64,000 bases of DNA from an uncultured Methanosarcinales archaeon (GCA_964460605.1 CAYWPT010000001.1:33548-97547); one strand, 5' to 3'. Counted from the first letter of the stretch, positions 19,355-29,404 are shown. Numbers and translations are program-made. The notes: generated from the sequence alone by a model not told the origin.

Positions 19355-19384
19355 CAAAAAAATAGCCTTAACTATTATTTATAG
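18815..19384 (+). CDS. IS transposase OrfB (DDE catalytic part), -1 frame relative to OrfA
   Basis: 'AIDATGVD' and 'LGDKGYDSEPL' DDE transposase motifs; the ORF reads through IRR and stops 30 nt into flanking DNA. Confidence 0.7.
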   Translation: MAIDATGVDAHIRSRHYEKRIKEKAKFNKLTIFIDVENMLIYDHVLQMIPRHDVKATETIFRRTHLRKIKSLGDKGYDSEPLHEVALSRQNTLFAPVRKSSRANPKGWNRRRCAQGDEDYNKRAHVESCIHSLKRRRIPILRSKLHYMKKREMALQILIHNIEKMKNILRMMFYIILDRPQKNSLNYYL

Positions 19385-21645
19385 TCTTCATCAAAGAAAT
19401 CAGTCAATCTAGTTGCAATAGTCTTTCCAATACCTTTTATTTTTTGCATGTCTTCGGAGCTAGAATTTACTAGATTTTTTACAGAACCAAAGTGTTTGAG
19501 CAGAGTTTTTGCTGTACCCATACCAATATTTGGCATAGCTGCTACAAGATATTCTTGCTGTTCTTTTGCTGAAGCCGGTTTGCTTGTATGTGGGTTGAAG
19601 AATTTTGAGCCTGCCTTTCCTTGCTCACGTTTTGCCATCACCATAAGAAATTCCGCAGTATCTCTAGGATTCTTAGTATGAATAATTGGAATATTGTAAC
19701 CTAAAACGATAGAGGCCATTGCGCCTCTGATTGCATTTGGATGCACATTTCTTTGTTGGTACAAATCTTCTTCACCTTCAACAATAACCAATGATTGTTC
19801 AAAATGTTCTTTCATCTGTTTCATCTGTTGCATTAATCTTCCATCTAGAATTGAATTGACAAAATCTGGCACTTTTTTTAGCTCAACTGCAACCTTTCCT
19901 GAAACAATATAATCTGCGCAGTTTAATTGAGTAGATTCTGCATGCACGCCCATGCTAAGAAGTTCTTTGAGAATTCTGTTATCTTTTTCTCTATGATCTA
20001 CAAGGATTGCTAGGTTTTGATTCTCAGCTTGTTTCTTCTCAACTTTAGCTTCAGGAAGCTTTTCTGGAATGAGTTGCTTCTTAGGCTTATCAATCTCTTT
20101 TGCTGTTGAGAATTTGTCTAAAGTAGTATTAGTATCTAAAGCGGAGAGATCTTTTTTGAGTTTGTCTAAAACCCTATACATTGTCTTTTCTTTGTGAAAA
20201 GCAGCCCACCTGTATGCTTCATCACGAGTTCCTTTGACATACATAACTTTGACTGCTCCTTCTTCGAGTCTACCTGTACGTCCTCTTCTTTGGATGTTTC
20301 TAATAGCGCTTGCTGTTGGTTCGTAAAAAATAACTTGGTTTACCTTGGGGATATCTAATCCTTCTTCAGCTACTGAAGTTGCAACAAGAACTTGGAATTC
20401 TCCTGCTCTAAATTGATCCAAAACTTCTTTTTGTTGTTTTTGACTCAGACCAATACCATTCTTCTTTGCTTGACCCACAAAAATTTTGTGTTTGATGGCC
20501 AAAAGTTCTAAGTTTGCAGCAATTTCTTGTGCAGAATCTCTAAAGTTAGTAAAAACAATAATTTTTGTATCAGGAGTAGTAGCAACTTCTTTGAGGATTA
20601 ATTCGTTGAGCTTTTGAGTTTTAGGATGTTGCACTTGTCTTTCAATTAAACTCTTTGTAAGATAATGCGCAGCTTTAAAATTAGGATCTATTGCTAAATT
20701 TTTTACAGCTTTAGTTTTACTTTTGTGCGCTTGCTCAAATAATTTGTTCATGTAAATATCTAAAGGTCTGATTCCTTGGCATTCTAATAATTCTAAAGCG
20801 TGTTCAGCTTTGAGTGCTTCTGCTAAAAGTGAAAGTGATTTGAGCGCATCATAATTAACCGCTTCTCTTCCTAATTGAGATTGAATTAATTTCTGGATTC
20901 TAAGCAATTGGCCTTTGTTCAAATTGATTGTCTTAATGAAACCTAAAGATTTGATTTGTTTAAGCTTTTTTTGAACAACTATTTTAAGTTCATGATGCAC
21001 TTTCTTTAACTCTTCAGGGAATTTTAATTCGATCCATTCAGTTTCTGTTTTTTGCACGTAAGGTTTTACATCGGGATCATTATTTGTCCTCACTTCAACC
21101 TTTTCGATTTTAAGATTCTGACAGATCTCTCTAATCTTTTCTGCATCTGCTCCAGGTGATGCTGTTAAGGCGAGGATTCTTTTGTTTATTGCAGTTTTAT
21201 CATAATGTTCTGCTAGCCAAACATAAGAGTAATCTCCAGTTGCATGATGACATTCATCAAATACTAATAATGAAACTTCTTTGAAAGTAATTCTTCTGTT
21301 AATCACATCGTTTTCAAAACCTTGTGGAGTTGAGATAATAACTTGAGCATCTTTCCAGAGTAGTTGTCTTTTTGCAGAATTGATTGCTCCCGTAAAGACT
21401 ACAATGTTTTCTTGTGGAATGTCTAAGTGTTTGATGAATGTAGACTTATGTTGGTCGCATAGAGGCTTTGTAGGTGCAAGCATAAGAATTTTAGAATTTG
21501 GATAAGTTTTGAGTCTTTGAGTGGCTAGCAGAAGTGCTATTGCTGTCTTTCCCATACCTGTTGGAAGTACTGTTAAAGTGTTACTTTTTACAGCTGTACC
21601 TAAAATTGTTTGCTGGTATAATCTTGGCGTGAAATCTGTGAGCAT
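19375..21645 (-). CDS. hef: Hef: helicase-associated endonuclease for fork-structured DNA (SF2 helicase + ERCC4/XPF nuclease + HhH2)
   Basis: Walker A 'PTGMGKT', 'DECHH' box, helicase C motifs ('QRRGRTGR'), ERCC4 region 'ILVDHREK', C-terminal HhH 'GIGKTIATRL'. Confidence 0.85.
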   Translation of the reverse strand: MLTDFTPRLYQQTILGTAVKSNTLTVLPTGMGKTAIALLLATQRLKTYPNSKILMLAPTKPLCDQHKSTFIKHLDIPQENIVVFTGAINSAKRQLLWKDAQVIISTPQGFENDVINRRITFKEVSLLVFDECHHATGDYSYVWLAEHYDKTAINKRILALTASPGADAEKIREICQNLKIEKVEVRTNNDPDVKPYVQKTETEWIELKFPEELKKVHHELKIVVQKKLKQIKSLGFIKTINLNKGQLLRIQKLIQSQLGREAVNYDALKSLSLLAEALKAEHALELLECQGIRPLDIYMNKLFEQAHKSKTKAVKNLAIDPNFKAAHYLTKSLIERQVQHPKTQKLNELILKEVATTPDTKIIVFTNFRDSAQEIAANLELLAIKHKIFVGQAKKNGIGLSQKQQKEVLDQFRAGEFQVLVATSVAEEGLDIPKVNQVIFYEPTASAIRNIQRRGRTGRLEEGAVKVMYVKGTRDEAYRWAAFHKEKTMYRVLDKLKKDLSALDTNTTLDKFSTAKEIDKPKKQLIPEKLPEAKVEKKQAENQNLAILVDHREKDNRILKELLSMGVHAESTQLNCADYIVSGKVAVELKKVPDFVNSILDGRLMQQMKQMKEHFEQSLVIVEGEEDLYQQRNVHPNAIRGAMASIVLGYNIPIIHTKNPRDTAEFLMVMAKREQGKAGSKFFNPHTSKPASAKEQQEYLVAAMPNIGMGTAKTLLKHFGSVKNLVNSSSEDMQKIKGIGKTIATRLTDFFDEDYK

Positions 21646-21724
21646 ATGGTTTTAAGAGAAAAGAAGTATAAAAAAGCTTAGTGAGTTTGACCAGTGTGGG
21701 TAGTGGGAGAAATTTGATTAATTA

Positions 21725-21946
21725 TTAATTCTTACGAGTATACTCTACCCTACCAGCAGAAAACTCATTACAAGTTTCCCCATCAAATAAAATTGTATAT
21801 CCCCTTCTTGTACCAGGGTTAAATAATCTAGATCTAGAATCAGAACTATCAAGATGAGTATTTAATCTTTGGATACCAGCCCTAATTGATTGTTTTGAAG
21901 CGCTTCTACCTACATATTCACCATATGCTTCACATAATTCATCCAC
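21725..21946 (-). CDS. hypothetical HTH-like ORF, possibly a frameshifted remnant
   Basis: GTG-initiated 73-aa ORF with HTH-like 'SVDELCEAYGEYVGRSASKQSIRAGIQRL'; an upstream K-rich 23-aa ORF (ATG 22078) lies in another frame. Confidence 0.25.
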   Translation of the reverse strand: MDELCEAYGEYVGRSASKQSIRAGIQRLNTHLDSSDSRSRLFNPGTRRGYTILFDGETCNEFSAGRVEYTRKN

Positions 21947-22264
21947 AGATACTAAATTTCCGCTTGTTTCTTCTCTTTTGGATAAAATATGATTATAAAT
22001 AAAAGTAGCAAGGCCCTTTGGAAGATTTAATTTATTTTCTTTTGACCTTCCTTTTTAGAACTTTTCTTAGAATCTTCTTTGCTAATTTCTTTTTTCATGA
22101 ATATCTAATGTAATTTGTTATTCTTAATAAACTTTTCACTTTTTTTATTCCTTGAGAAATTAATATAAATTTTATGAAAATTATTTAAAGAAAATTAAAA
22201 TTCTGTCTCTTTAAAGGTTGTGAAAATCTTTTAGCAAAGACAATTTTGCCAATTATTCTCTTCT

Positions 22265-23059
22265 CTAATGTGCATGGCCATGACCAACTTCAAATAATAA
22301 CAAGGCTGCCATCACAGTGATACCTAAAACAAAGACAAACAATTGCATTAAAGATACTTTCAAAGCGCCCTCATGTTTGAGTTCAGGAACTAAATCCGCC
22401 ATTGCAATGTAAATGAATCCACCTGCCGCAAAAGGCACTAAAAATACTTCTACATGCTCAAAAACATTCTGTAATAATAAAGCGCCAACTGCGCCGATAA
22501 CTGCTACTAAACCGCTTAAGAAATTGTAGAATAATGCTCGTCCTCTTGAATAGCCACTATGAATTAAAACCCCAAAATCACCAATCTCTTGTGGAATCTC
22601 GTGCAAAAGTACAGCAACAGTTGTAGCAATACCTACAGGAATGCTTACTAAATAACTTCCTGCAATAATAATACCATCAATAAAGTTATGCGCCCCATCT
22701 CCAATCAAATTCATTTTTCCAAAACTTTCTGCATGTTTATGATGTTTTTCATGATCATGATCAGTATGGTGACAGTGGTGCCACTGAATAACTTTTTCTA
22801 CAAAGAAAAATGCCACGATACCTAACAATAAGCTCATTGAGATTTGTAGAGTAAAACCACCTACTTCTTCAACAATCTCAGGTAATAAATGAATAAAGGC
22901 ATCACCAATTAATGCGCCTGCTGAAAAGCTTACTAGATATAATAAAAATTTTCTTAATTTGTCTAATTGCCAAGATAAAGTGAAAATACCAATAAGAGAA
23001 ATTGCACTTACAATAAAAACACTCGCCAGAGTATAAATCCATACTGTTGCACTAATCAT
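22265..23059 (-). CDS. zupT: ZIP-family zinc transporter ZupT
   Basis: 'HEIPQEIGDFGVLI' ZIP signature, His-rich loop 'HHCHHTDHDHEKHHKH', ~8 TMs. Confidence 0.85.
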   Translation of the reverse strand: MISATVWIYTLASVFIVSAISLIGIFTLSWQLDKLRKFLLYLVSFSAGALIGDAFIHLLPEIVEEVGGFTLQISMSLLLGIVAFFFVEKVIQWHHCHHTDHDHEKHHKHAESFGKMNLIGDGAHNFIDGIIIAGSYLVSIPVGIATTVAVLLHEIPQEIGDFGVLIHSGYSRGRALFYNFLSGLVAVIGAVGALLLQNVFEHVEVFLVPFAAGGFIYIAMADLVPELKHEGALKVSLMQLFVFVLGITVMAALLLFEVGHGHAH

Positions 23060-23080
23060 TAAGAAAAGAAAAGCGTAAAG

Positions 23081-23111
23081 TATTTATAAAAGTTGCTGAT
23101 AACCATTATCA
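23081..23111. promoter_or_regulatory. bidirectional zupT/zur promoter: palindromic TATA (TATTTATAAAAG) plus Fur/Zur-box-like inverted repeat TGATAA-N3-TTATCA (23097-23111)
   Basis: seen directly in the sequence, in the 58-bp divergent intergenic region; the inverted repeat sits between the TATA box and the zur ATG (23118). Confidence 0.5.
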
Positions 23112-23117
23112 ATAAGC

Positions 23118-23480
23118 ATGGTAAGGATGACTAAACAAAGAAAGGATTTGTACTCTAGTTTGGAGGGTTTTAGCTCTTTTTTCAATGCTGAAGAGCTTTT
23201 TGAAAAAGCTTCTAAAAAAAATGAGAAGATAGGCATTGCAACTGTCTACAGGTTTCTTAAAAAGTTGGTAGAAGATCATGAGTTACATTCTTATACTTGT
23301 GAGGGGAAAACAATTTATTCAAAAAATAAACATAACCATTGTCATTTCATTTGTAAAAAATGTGGGAAGAAAGAACACATTGATGTGAAAAAGTTAGATT
23401 TTCTAGAGAAAGGAAAAAAGAAAGTTTGTCATTTTCAAATTGATATCACTGGAACCTGTGAAGATTGTGTTAAGCGTTAG
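23118..23480 (+). CDS. zur: Fur-family metalloregulator (probable zinc uptake regulator Zur)
   Basis: N-terminal wHTH 'IGIATVYRFLKKL', C-terminal 'HNHCHFICKKCGK...C..C' metal sites; divergent from zupT. Confidence 0.75.
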   Translation: MVRMTKQRKDLYSSLEGFSSFFNAEELFEKASKKNEKIGIATVYRFLKKLVEDHELHSYTCEGKTIYSKNKHNHCHFICKKCGKKEHIDVKKLDFLEKGKKKVCHFQIDITGTCEDCVKR

Positions 23481-23979
23481 TTTGCAATTCTAAAAACTTC
23501 TTTAGATAATAAGCATCTCTTAAAATTATGAATTTTCCAGCATAGCTTTCTGGATTTCCATTTTTTACTAAACTGAGTGCTTCTTCTGGTTTAACCCAAA
23601 CTACTTCAAATCCTAAAGAGAGTTCTTTTTCTGTAAAGTTGGGTTTCCCTTCTTCTAGAAGTTCAGCACTAAAACAATGAGATGTTTGTACTAATTGATG
23701 ATGGCTCCTGTGTTCAAGTATCTCACCAATTTCACTATTAACTTTCACTTTTGAACCTACTTCTTCAAGAATTTCTCTGTGAAGAGCATCAATGATTGTT
23801 TCTCCTTCATCAACACCACCACCAGGGAGTTTGTAATAATTATCTTTTGTTACATGCAGAAGTGCAACTTTGTTTCCATTTTTGATTACTGCTCTAGCTG
23901 CTGTCCGAGGTTTATTTTTTACATCACCTTTCACTTCTGCGCCAACATCTTTATCACTGATCTCAAGAATTTTTTCCAT
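23470..23979 (-). CDS. NUDIX hydrolase
   Basis: Nudix box 'GGGVDEGETIIDALHREILEEVG'. Confidence 0.8.
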   Translation of the reverse strand: MEKILEISDKDVGAEVKGDVKNKPRTAARAVIKNGNKVALLHVTKDNYYKLPGGGVDEGETIIDALHREILEEVGSKVKVNSEIGEILEHRSHHQLVQTSHCFSAELLEEGKPNFTEKELSLGFEVVWVKPEEALSLVKNGNPESYAGKFIILRDAYYLKKFLELQTNA

Positions 23980-23985
23980 TTTACA

Positions 23986-24285
23986 CTAATAATTTAACTC
24001 ACTTTTAATTATTTCCTTCAAATCTTCCACATTTCTAATCTCTTTAAAGAACCGACCGGAAGGATAGACTACAGCTACACCGCCTTGAGCATGACAAAAA
24101 CCCAAACAATGTGTTTTAGTCACGTAAACTGCATTAGCCCAGCCTTTAGAAAGTACCCATTGCTTCAATTCATGTACCAAAGAAGCATCCACGCCATGAG
24201 CGCAACTGTTGCTCCCCACAGAAGATCTATTGTTTATACAAACAAATAAGTGTACTTGAGGTTTTGAAAAAGAAATTTTTTTCAT
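23986..24285 (-). CDS. thioredoxin-like [2Fe-2S] ferredoxin
   Basis: Cys spacing C-x12-C ... C-x3-C ('VCINNRSSVGSNSCAHG', 'THCLGFCHAQGG') typical of Trx-like 2Fe-2S ferredoxins. Confidence 0.55.
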   Translation of the reverse strand: MKKISFSKPQVHLFVCINNRSSVGSNSCAHGVDASLVHELKQWVLSKGWANAVYVTKTHCLGFCHAQGGVAVVYPSGRFFKEIRNVEDLKEIIKSELNY

Positions 24286-24302
24286 TTTTAGAAAAAGAAA
24301 AA

Positions 24303-24602
24303 TTAAAGTTCTTGCTCACCAGTCAAGGTAACAATTCTTGTGTTTTCATCAAAATCTACAACTAAGTGTAATAAATTGTTGATAACTAAATCATTACCCA
24401 TTAGATAAAAACTTACATTTGCTAAATCACGCAGACGAAGCTTGACTACATCTTCAACTTCTACAGTCTTAAAAGGTACCTTGGCTTTTAAGTGCGGGTT
24501 ATTGGTCTCGAACAATGCAATTACGGCAGTCCAAAGACCATCTTTGTCTTTTCCAGGTTTTCTACTTAAAACCACACTTTTTGCTTCGTATTTTTCTGCC
24601 AT
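24303..24602 (-). CDS. hypothetical protein
   Basis: 99-aa ORF with no motif I recognise. Confidence 0.3.
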   Translation of the reverse strand: MAEKYEAKSVVLSRKPGKDKDGLWTAVIALFETNNPHLKAKVPFKTVEVEDVVKLRLRDLANVSFYLMGNDLVINNLLHLVVDFDENTRIVTLTGEQEL

Positions 24603-24605
24603 AAG

Positions 24606-25001
24606 CTACTTGAGGAAGCTCTCACTTTTAAAGATTACTAAGTATTCTTTCATATGGAGCCAATAGCTTAAAAAGAAAAAGAAAAGGAATAAAAGTATCA
24701 CAAATATCCTACTATGATTAAAACTCCCGGCAACAAAACCGATAATAAAAGCTAAAATTGCTAAAACTGAAGCTAAAATTGATTGTGTCCTTCGCTTAAC
24801 ATAGTAAATTCTTCCAAAAAGAAAAGCAAAGAGTGAAATTACGAAATAAGCAACAAAAGGATATTCTAAACGAAAGGCAACAACAAAACCGCCAAACAAA
24901 AGAAATAATGCAAAAAGTTCCCCCCAACTCTTGTGAAAGTTGAGCCCATCAATATGTTTATCTATCTTTGTATTAAGAAACTTTCTTATCATGCCCGCCA
25001 T
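24606..25001 (-). CDS. hypothetical membrane protein
   Basis: 4 predicted TMs, overlaps the upstream ORF by 13 nt. Confidence 0.35.
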   Translation of the reverse strand: MAGMIRKFLNTKIDKHIDGLNFHKSWGELFALFLLFGGFVVAFRLEYPFVAYFVISLFAFLFGRIYYVKRRTQSILASVLAILAFIIGFVAGSFNHSRIFVILLFLFFFFLSYWLHMKEYLVIFKSESFLK

Positions 25002-25717
25002 AGTGTAGTTATAACTCCTGTGATTCCACCGATTGCAATCAAAATGATTAAACCAATTTTAGTTCCTGATAATAATAACAAACTTGTCAAAGCTAAAGCA
25101 ATCCAATTTACCCCATACAAAAAGCGTGAACCAAAGAAAATTTGTATACCATCAAAACGAGGTAGTGGTAATAACATAGAAACACCCATGAATAAATTCA
25201 TCATCATTCCTGTTCTAAAAAAGAAACTTTCTTGGAAAACGTATAACAAAATTCCAAAAGCTGTAGCTAAAGTTAAATTAGCCCATAAACCCCATGATGC
25301 AATTTGAGCGTTTTCTTCAAAATTAAAACCATAAAAGAATTTACCAATACGTTGCCTAGTCATAAAAGTACTTGTTGTTCCACCTGCAAAAATAAATGGA
25401 AGATAACCAAAACTAAGCAAGGATAAAATGATTGAGGCAATTACTCCTTCCCACCATACTTGGAAACGTACAAGATAGCCTAATTCAATCCCTACAATTT
25501 TTTGTAATGAGATTCTAAAAAAGAAAGTCAAGAATGCTAAAATAGTTGCTAAGAAGAAATATCCTATCCATGAAAGTACCCGGAAATCCTCTCCAGGAAA
25601 ATTGATTGAGAAAATAAAACCGAAGGCTAAACAAGTTAATACTAATGGATAAAATTCAGATTCCCTGAATCTAAAAAATTTCTTTAACTTTGCGCGACTT
25701 TGATAGCGTCCTTTCAT
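24989..25717 (-). CDS. site-2-protease (M50)-like membrane protein with degenerate active site
   Basis: S2P 'NLFMGVSMLLPLPRFDG' (LDG-type) motif is present, but where HExxH would sit the sequence reads 'IELGY' (QKIVGIELGYLVR). Confidence 0.5.
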   Translation of the reverse strand: MKGRYQSRAKLKKFFRFRESEFYPLVLTCLAFGFIFSINFPGEDFRVLSWIGYFFLATILAFLTFFFRISLQKIVGIELGYLVRFQVWWEGVIASIILSLLSFGYLPFIFAGGTTSTFMTRQRIGKFFYGFNFEENAQIASWGLWANLTLATAFGILLYVFQESFFFRTGMMMNLFMGVSMLLPLPRFDGIQIFFGSRFLYGVNWIALALTSLLLLSGTKIGLIILIAIGGITGVITTLWRA

Positions 25718-25751
25718 AAGCTAAAAGAAGTATTATAGCATATAAAAAGAT

Positions 25752-26807
25752 TTAGTTTTTTTCTATAAGATAGAATTTGTATGCACTCTGCCCTTTGTGC
25801 AATTCTTTGTCCTTAATTATCTTAAATTTGCTTCCTACCACTAAATCAAAAACAGGTCTTGTCAAAAAAGCAACTTTCCCACCTTTTTTCAAAACTAAAG
25901 CTAATTGGTAATATAATTCATTTAATCTTTCTTCATCCCTTCTTCCCATTAAGACAAAGATCTTATCAATACTCTCATGCTGAATTTTTACTTCTAAATC
26001 ATCTAAACGCACTTTCATTATTTCTAATGCTTCAGAAATGCCTGCAATCTTCGCATTATTTTTTGCAGAACGTAAATTCCCCATGGACTCTTCAATAGAA
26101 TACACTTTTTTCTTAATTTTTTTCTCTATCTCTTTACCTTTCTCTAAACAAAATCCTTCCATTCCCCTTAGAGGAAAATCATTTTGATGAGCAGCTGCTT
26201 CAATTGATAAAGTTGCATCCTTAGCAAACAAAACTAAACATTTTTCATATTTATTCAATTCAGCTTCACGAATTAAAGCGTAGGCAAAATCTCCCCTAAA
26301 TGAAGCTTGATGCGCATAGACACGATATTCTCTTTGGTCTAAATCTTCTTTGTGTACACGTAAAGAGAGTAAATATTCTTCACCAGTAAAGTATAATTGA
26401 AAAACAAAATCATATTCTTTGAAATCAACTTTAAGCTCTTTTCCTAACTCTTTACGAAAGCTGTTTCCAATAATTGGATACAAATCTTTACCTAAAGCAA
26501 TTCTGTTTTCATTCCCTTTTACATTCAAGTATTTGATAGTAAATTTTGCTTCTTCTTTTCCAAGAACATCTTTTAATCCAGATAAATCAATTTTCAAATC
26601 TTTTGCTTCTTTTGCTTTTCCTAGAAAAATTCCAAGAGAAGTTGAGGATTGTAGTCTTTGAAATAAAGTACATAATTGAGAAAGTTTAGTATCAAAAAGT
26701 ACTACATCACTAATCAATTCAGCATCTTTTCCTAGAATTTCTTTAAGTTCTTCTAAAGCGTAAGTTCCAAAGCCAGTATGTGCACAAGCAATTCCTTTAA
26801 TTACCAT
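25752..26807 (-). CDS. THUMP-domain-like protein (putative RNA-modification enzyme); methyltransferase motifs not evident
   Basis: central 'YRVYAHQASFRGDFAYALIREAEL' resembles THUMP; no clear SAM-binding D/ExGxGxG. Confidence 0.35.
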   Translation of the reverse strand: MVIKGIACAHTGFGTYALEELKEILGKDAELISDVVLFDTKLSQLCTLFQRLQSSTSLGIFLGKAKEAKDLKIDLSGLKDVLGKEEAKFTIKYLNVKGNENRIALGKDLYPIIGNSFRKELGKELKVDFKEYDFVFQLYFTGEEYLLSLRVHKEDLDQREYRVYAHQASFRGDFAYALIREAELNKYEKCLVLFAKDATLSIEAAAHQNDFPLRGMEGFCLEKGKEIEKKIKKKVYSIEESMGNLRSAKNNAKIAGISEALEIMKVRLDDLEVKIQHESIDKIFVLMGRRDEERLNELYYQLALVLKKGGKVAFLTRPVFDLVVGSKFKIIKDKELHKGQSAYKFYLIEKN

Positions 26808-26854
26808 TCTAAAAAATCACCACCATGATTTTTTGTCGACAAATAATATTTTTA

Positions 26855-29404
26855 TTATTTGCCATTTTGATTGAGACCTTCGTTAAATTCTTTATCCATC
26901 CTATAGGCCTCTTCTAATAATTCCGCAGTGATCTCTCTTGGAAGTTCCACATCTTCTTCTTCAGCTTCTTCTTCAGCACCGATAATTGCTGCTGCTGCTA
27001 CAATATCGCTCTCTTTCATACGCATAACACGTACACCTTGTGTAGCTCTACCAATTTTAGATACATTTGCACAAGCTACTCTGATTGCAATACCATGTTT
27101 GGACATAACCATTAAATCTTCTGAACCATCAACTACTCTTGCTACAACAGCAGGACCATTTTTCTCAGTAGTTTTAATGTTAGTTACACCCTTACTTCCC
27201 CTATTACAAAGTCTGTATTCACTAATATTTGTTCTTTTTCCATAACCTTTCTCAGTAATAGTTAAAATTTCTTTAGCATCATCTGCTGCAAGTAAACTGA
27301 TTACAGAATCACCTTCTTCTAATCGCATACCACGTACACCACGAGCTGTTCTCCCCATAGGACGCACATCGGTTTCCCTGAATCTGCTCGCTCTCCCATT
27401 TTTACTTGCTAAAATAATTTCTTGATCGCCAGTTGTGTAACGTACACCAACTAAACTGTTCCCTTCTTCAATATCAATTGCTCTAATTCCACCTTTTCTT
27501 GGTCTTGAAAAGAGTGCTAAATCAGTTTTCTTTACAGTTCCATTTTTAGTAGCCATGAATAAATAGCCCTCTTCGAAATTACGTACTGGAACAATTGCAG
27601 AGATGTTTTCTCCTTCTTTTAATTCTAATAAGTTTGCAAAATGTCTTCCTTTAGCTTGTCTGCTTCCTTCAGGTATTTTGTATACTTTGAGCCAGTGTAA
27701 TTGACCACCATCAGTAAAGACTAATAAATAAGCATGGGTTGAACAGATGTATACTTTTTCCACAAAGTCTTCATCTTTCATTCCAGTAGCAATTACTCCT
27801 TTACCACCACGGTTTTGAGTTCTATAGGTATCTAAAGGTAAACGTTTCATGTAACCACCATGAGTTATGGTAACTACTTGATTAGTTTCTTCAATAAGGT
27901 CTTCAATATCTAATTCGTCGCTTCCACCAATAATAATTCTTGATCTTCTTTCTCTAGAATATTTCTCTTTGATTTCTACAGTTTCATCTTTGATGATTGC
28001 ATCAATTTTCTCAGGTGATGCTAGAATCTCACGTAAACCTTCAGCAACAGTGGTAAGTTCGGCATGTTCATTCTTTACTTTTTCTTGCTCTAAAGATGCT
28101 AATTTTTGTAAACGCATCTCTAAAATTGCTTTTGCTTGAATTTCTGATAAGGTATAATTTTGCATTAAATGAGCTTTAGCATCATCAACAGTTTTACTAT
28201 TTCTAATCGCAGGAATAATAGCATCGATATTTACTAAAGCTACTAATAAACCATCAAGAACATGTAATCTTGCTTCTGCTTTCTTTAAATCATAAGCAGT
28301 TCTTCTTTTTACAACTTCTCTTCTATGGAGGATATGTTGTATTAAGAAATCTTTTAACCCTAATAGTTTAGGTTGATTATCAACTAAAGCAAGCATGTTG
28401 AGACTAAATGATGTTCGTAGTCTGCTGTATTTGTATAATTGGTTTAATACAACTTGACCATCAGCGTCATTTTTTAGATCAATAACAATTCTGATACCAT
28501 CTCTATCTGATTCATCATTGATATTTCTGATACCAAGAACTTTTTTATCTTTTACTAAATCTGCAATTTGAATAATTAAGTCTGATTTGTTTACTTGGTA
28601 AGGGATTTCGCTTACAATTAATTTTTTGTCTTGTACATCAACTACTGATTTCATGATCACTCGACCACGCCCAATTTCATATCCGTGTGCTAATTCGCTC
28701 CCTACATAGACTTCAGCACCAGTTGGAAAATCTGGACCAGGCACTAATTTATGTAATTCAGAAGTTTCGATTTCAGGGTTTTCCAAAATTGCTACAGTTG
28801 CATCACAAACTTCCCCCAAATTGTGTGGAGGGATGTTTGTTGCCATACCAACAGCAATACCAGAACTCCCATTAATCAATAAGTTTGGTAATTTTGAAGG
28901 AAGCACAGTAGGCTCTTTCAAACTTGCATCGAAATTATCTCTAAAATCGACAGTATCCTTTTCAATATCTTGGAGCATCTCCGAAGCAATCTTTTGGAGT
29001 TTTGCTTCAGTATACCTCATAGCAGCTGCATTATCACCATCAATTGATCCAAAATTACCTTGACCATGTACTAAAGGGTATCTGAGCGAGAATCCTTGCG
29101 CCATACGCACTAAAGAATCATATACTGCAGTATCACCATGCGGGTGGTATTTACCCAATACTTCACCAACAATTCTTGCACACTTTTTAGAAGGTTTATT
29201 GTAAGTCATACCCATATCATTCATAGCATAGAGAATTCTTCTATGTACTGGCTTTAATCCATCTCTTACATCTGGAAGAGCTCTGCCAACAATAACAGAC
29301 ATTGCATAAGTTACGTATGCTGTCTTCATCTCATCCTGAATCAATTTTGGGATGATTTTATCTGGCTTGTCCTCTTGTTGTAGTTCTTGGATTTCAGTCG
29401 ACAT
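26855..29404 (-). CDS. gyrA: DNA gyrase subunit A
   Basis: '[31 protein letters not shown]' with active-site Tyr region, C-terminal beta-pinwheel repeats, acidic tail; 849 aa. Confidence 0.9.
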   Translation of the reverse strand: MSTEIQELQQEDKPDKIIPKLIQDEMKTAYVTYAMSVIVGRALPDVRDGLKPVHRRILYAMNDMGMTYNKPSKKCARIVGEVLGKYHPHGDTAVYDSLVRMAQGFSLRYPLVHGQGNFGSIDGDNAAAMRYTEAKLQKIASEMLQDIEKDTVDFRDNFDASLKEPTVLPSKLPNLLINGSSGIAVGMATNIPPHNLGEVCDATVAILENPEIETSELHKLVPGPDFPTGAEVYVGSELAHGYEIGRGRVIMKSVVDVQDKKLIVSEIPYQVNKSDLIIQIADLVKDKKVLGIRNINDESDRDGIRIVIDLKNDADGQVVLNQLYKYSRLRTSFSLNMLALVDNQPKLLGLKDFLIQHILHRREVVKRRTAYDLKKAEARLHVLDGLLVALVNIDAIIPAIRNSKTVDDAKAHLMQNYTLSEIQAKAILEMRLQKLASLEQEKVKNEHAELTTVAEGLREILASPEKIDAIIKDETVEIKEKYSRERRSRIIIGGSDELDIEDLIEETNQVVTITHGGYMKRLPLDTYRTQNRGGKGVIATGMKDEDFVEKVYICSTHAYLLVFTDGGQLHWLKVYKIPEGSRQAKGRHFANLLELKEGENISAIVPVRNFEEGYLFMATKNGTVKKTDLALFSRPRKGGIRAIDIEEGNSLVGVRYTTGDQEIILASKNGRASRFRETDVRPMGRTARGVRGMRLEEGDSVISLLAADDAKEILTITEKGYGKRTNISEYRLCNRGSKGVTNIKTTEKNGPAVVARVVDGSEDLMVMSKHGIAIRVACANVSKIGRATQGVRVMRMKESDIVAAAAIIGAEEEAEEEDVELPREITAELLEEAYRMDKEFNEGLNQNGK

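Noticed and set aside
26928-29063. Plus-strand ORFs (26928-27245, 28687-28875, 28821-29063) antisense to gyrA
   Set aside because: They are embedded in a highly conserved gene on the other strand and have S/A-rich shadow-frame translations
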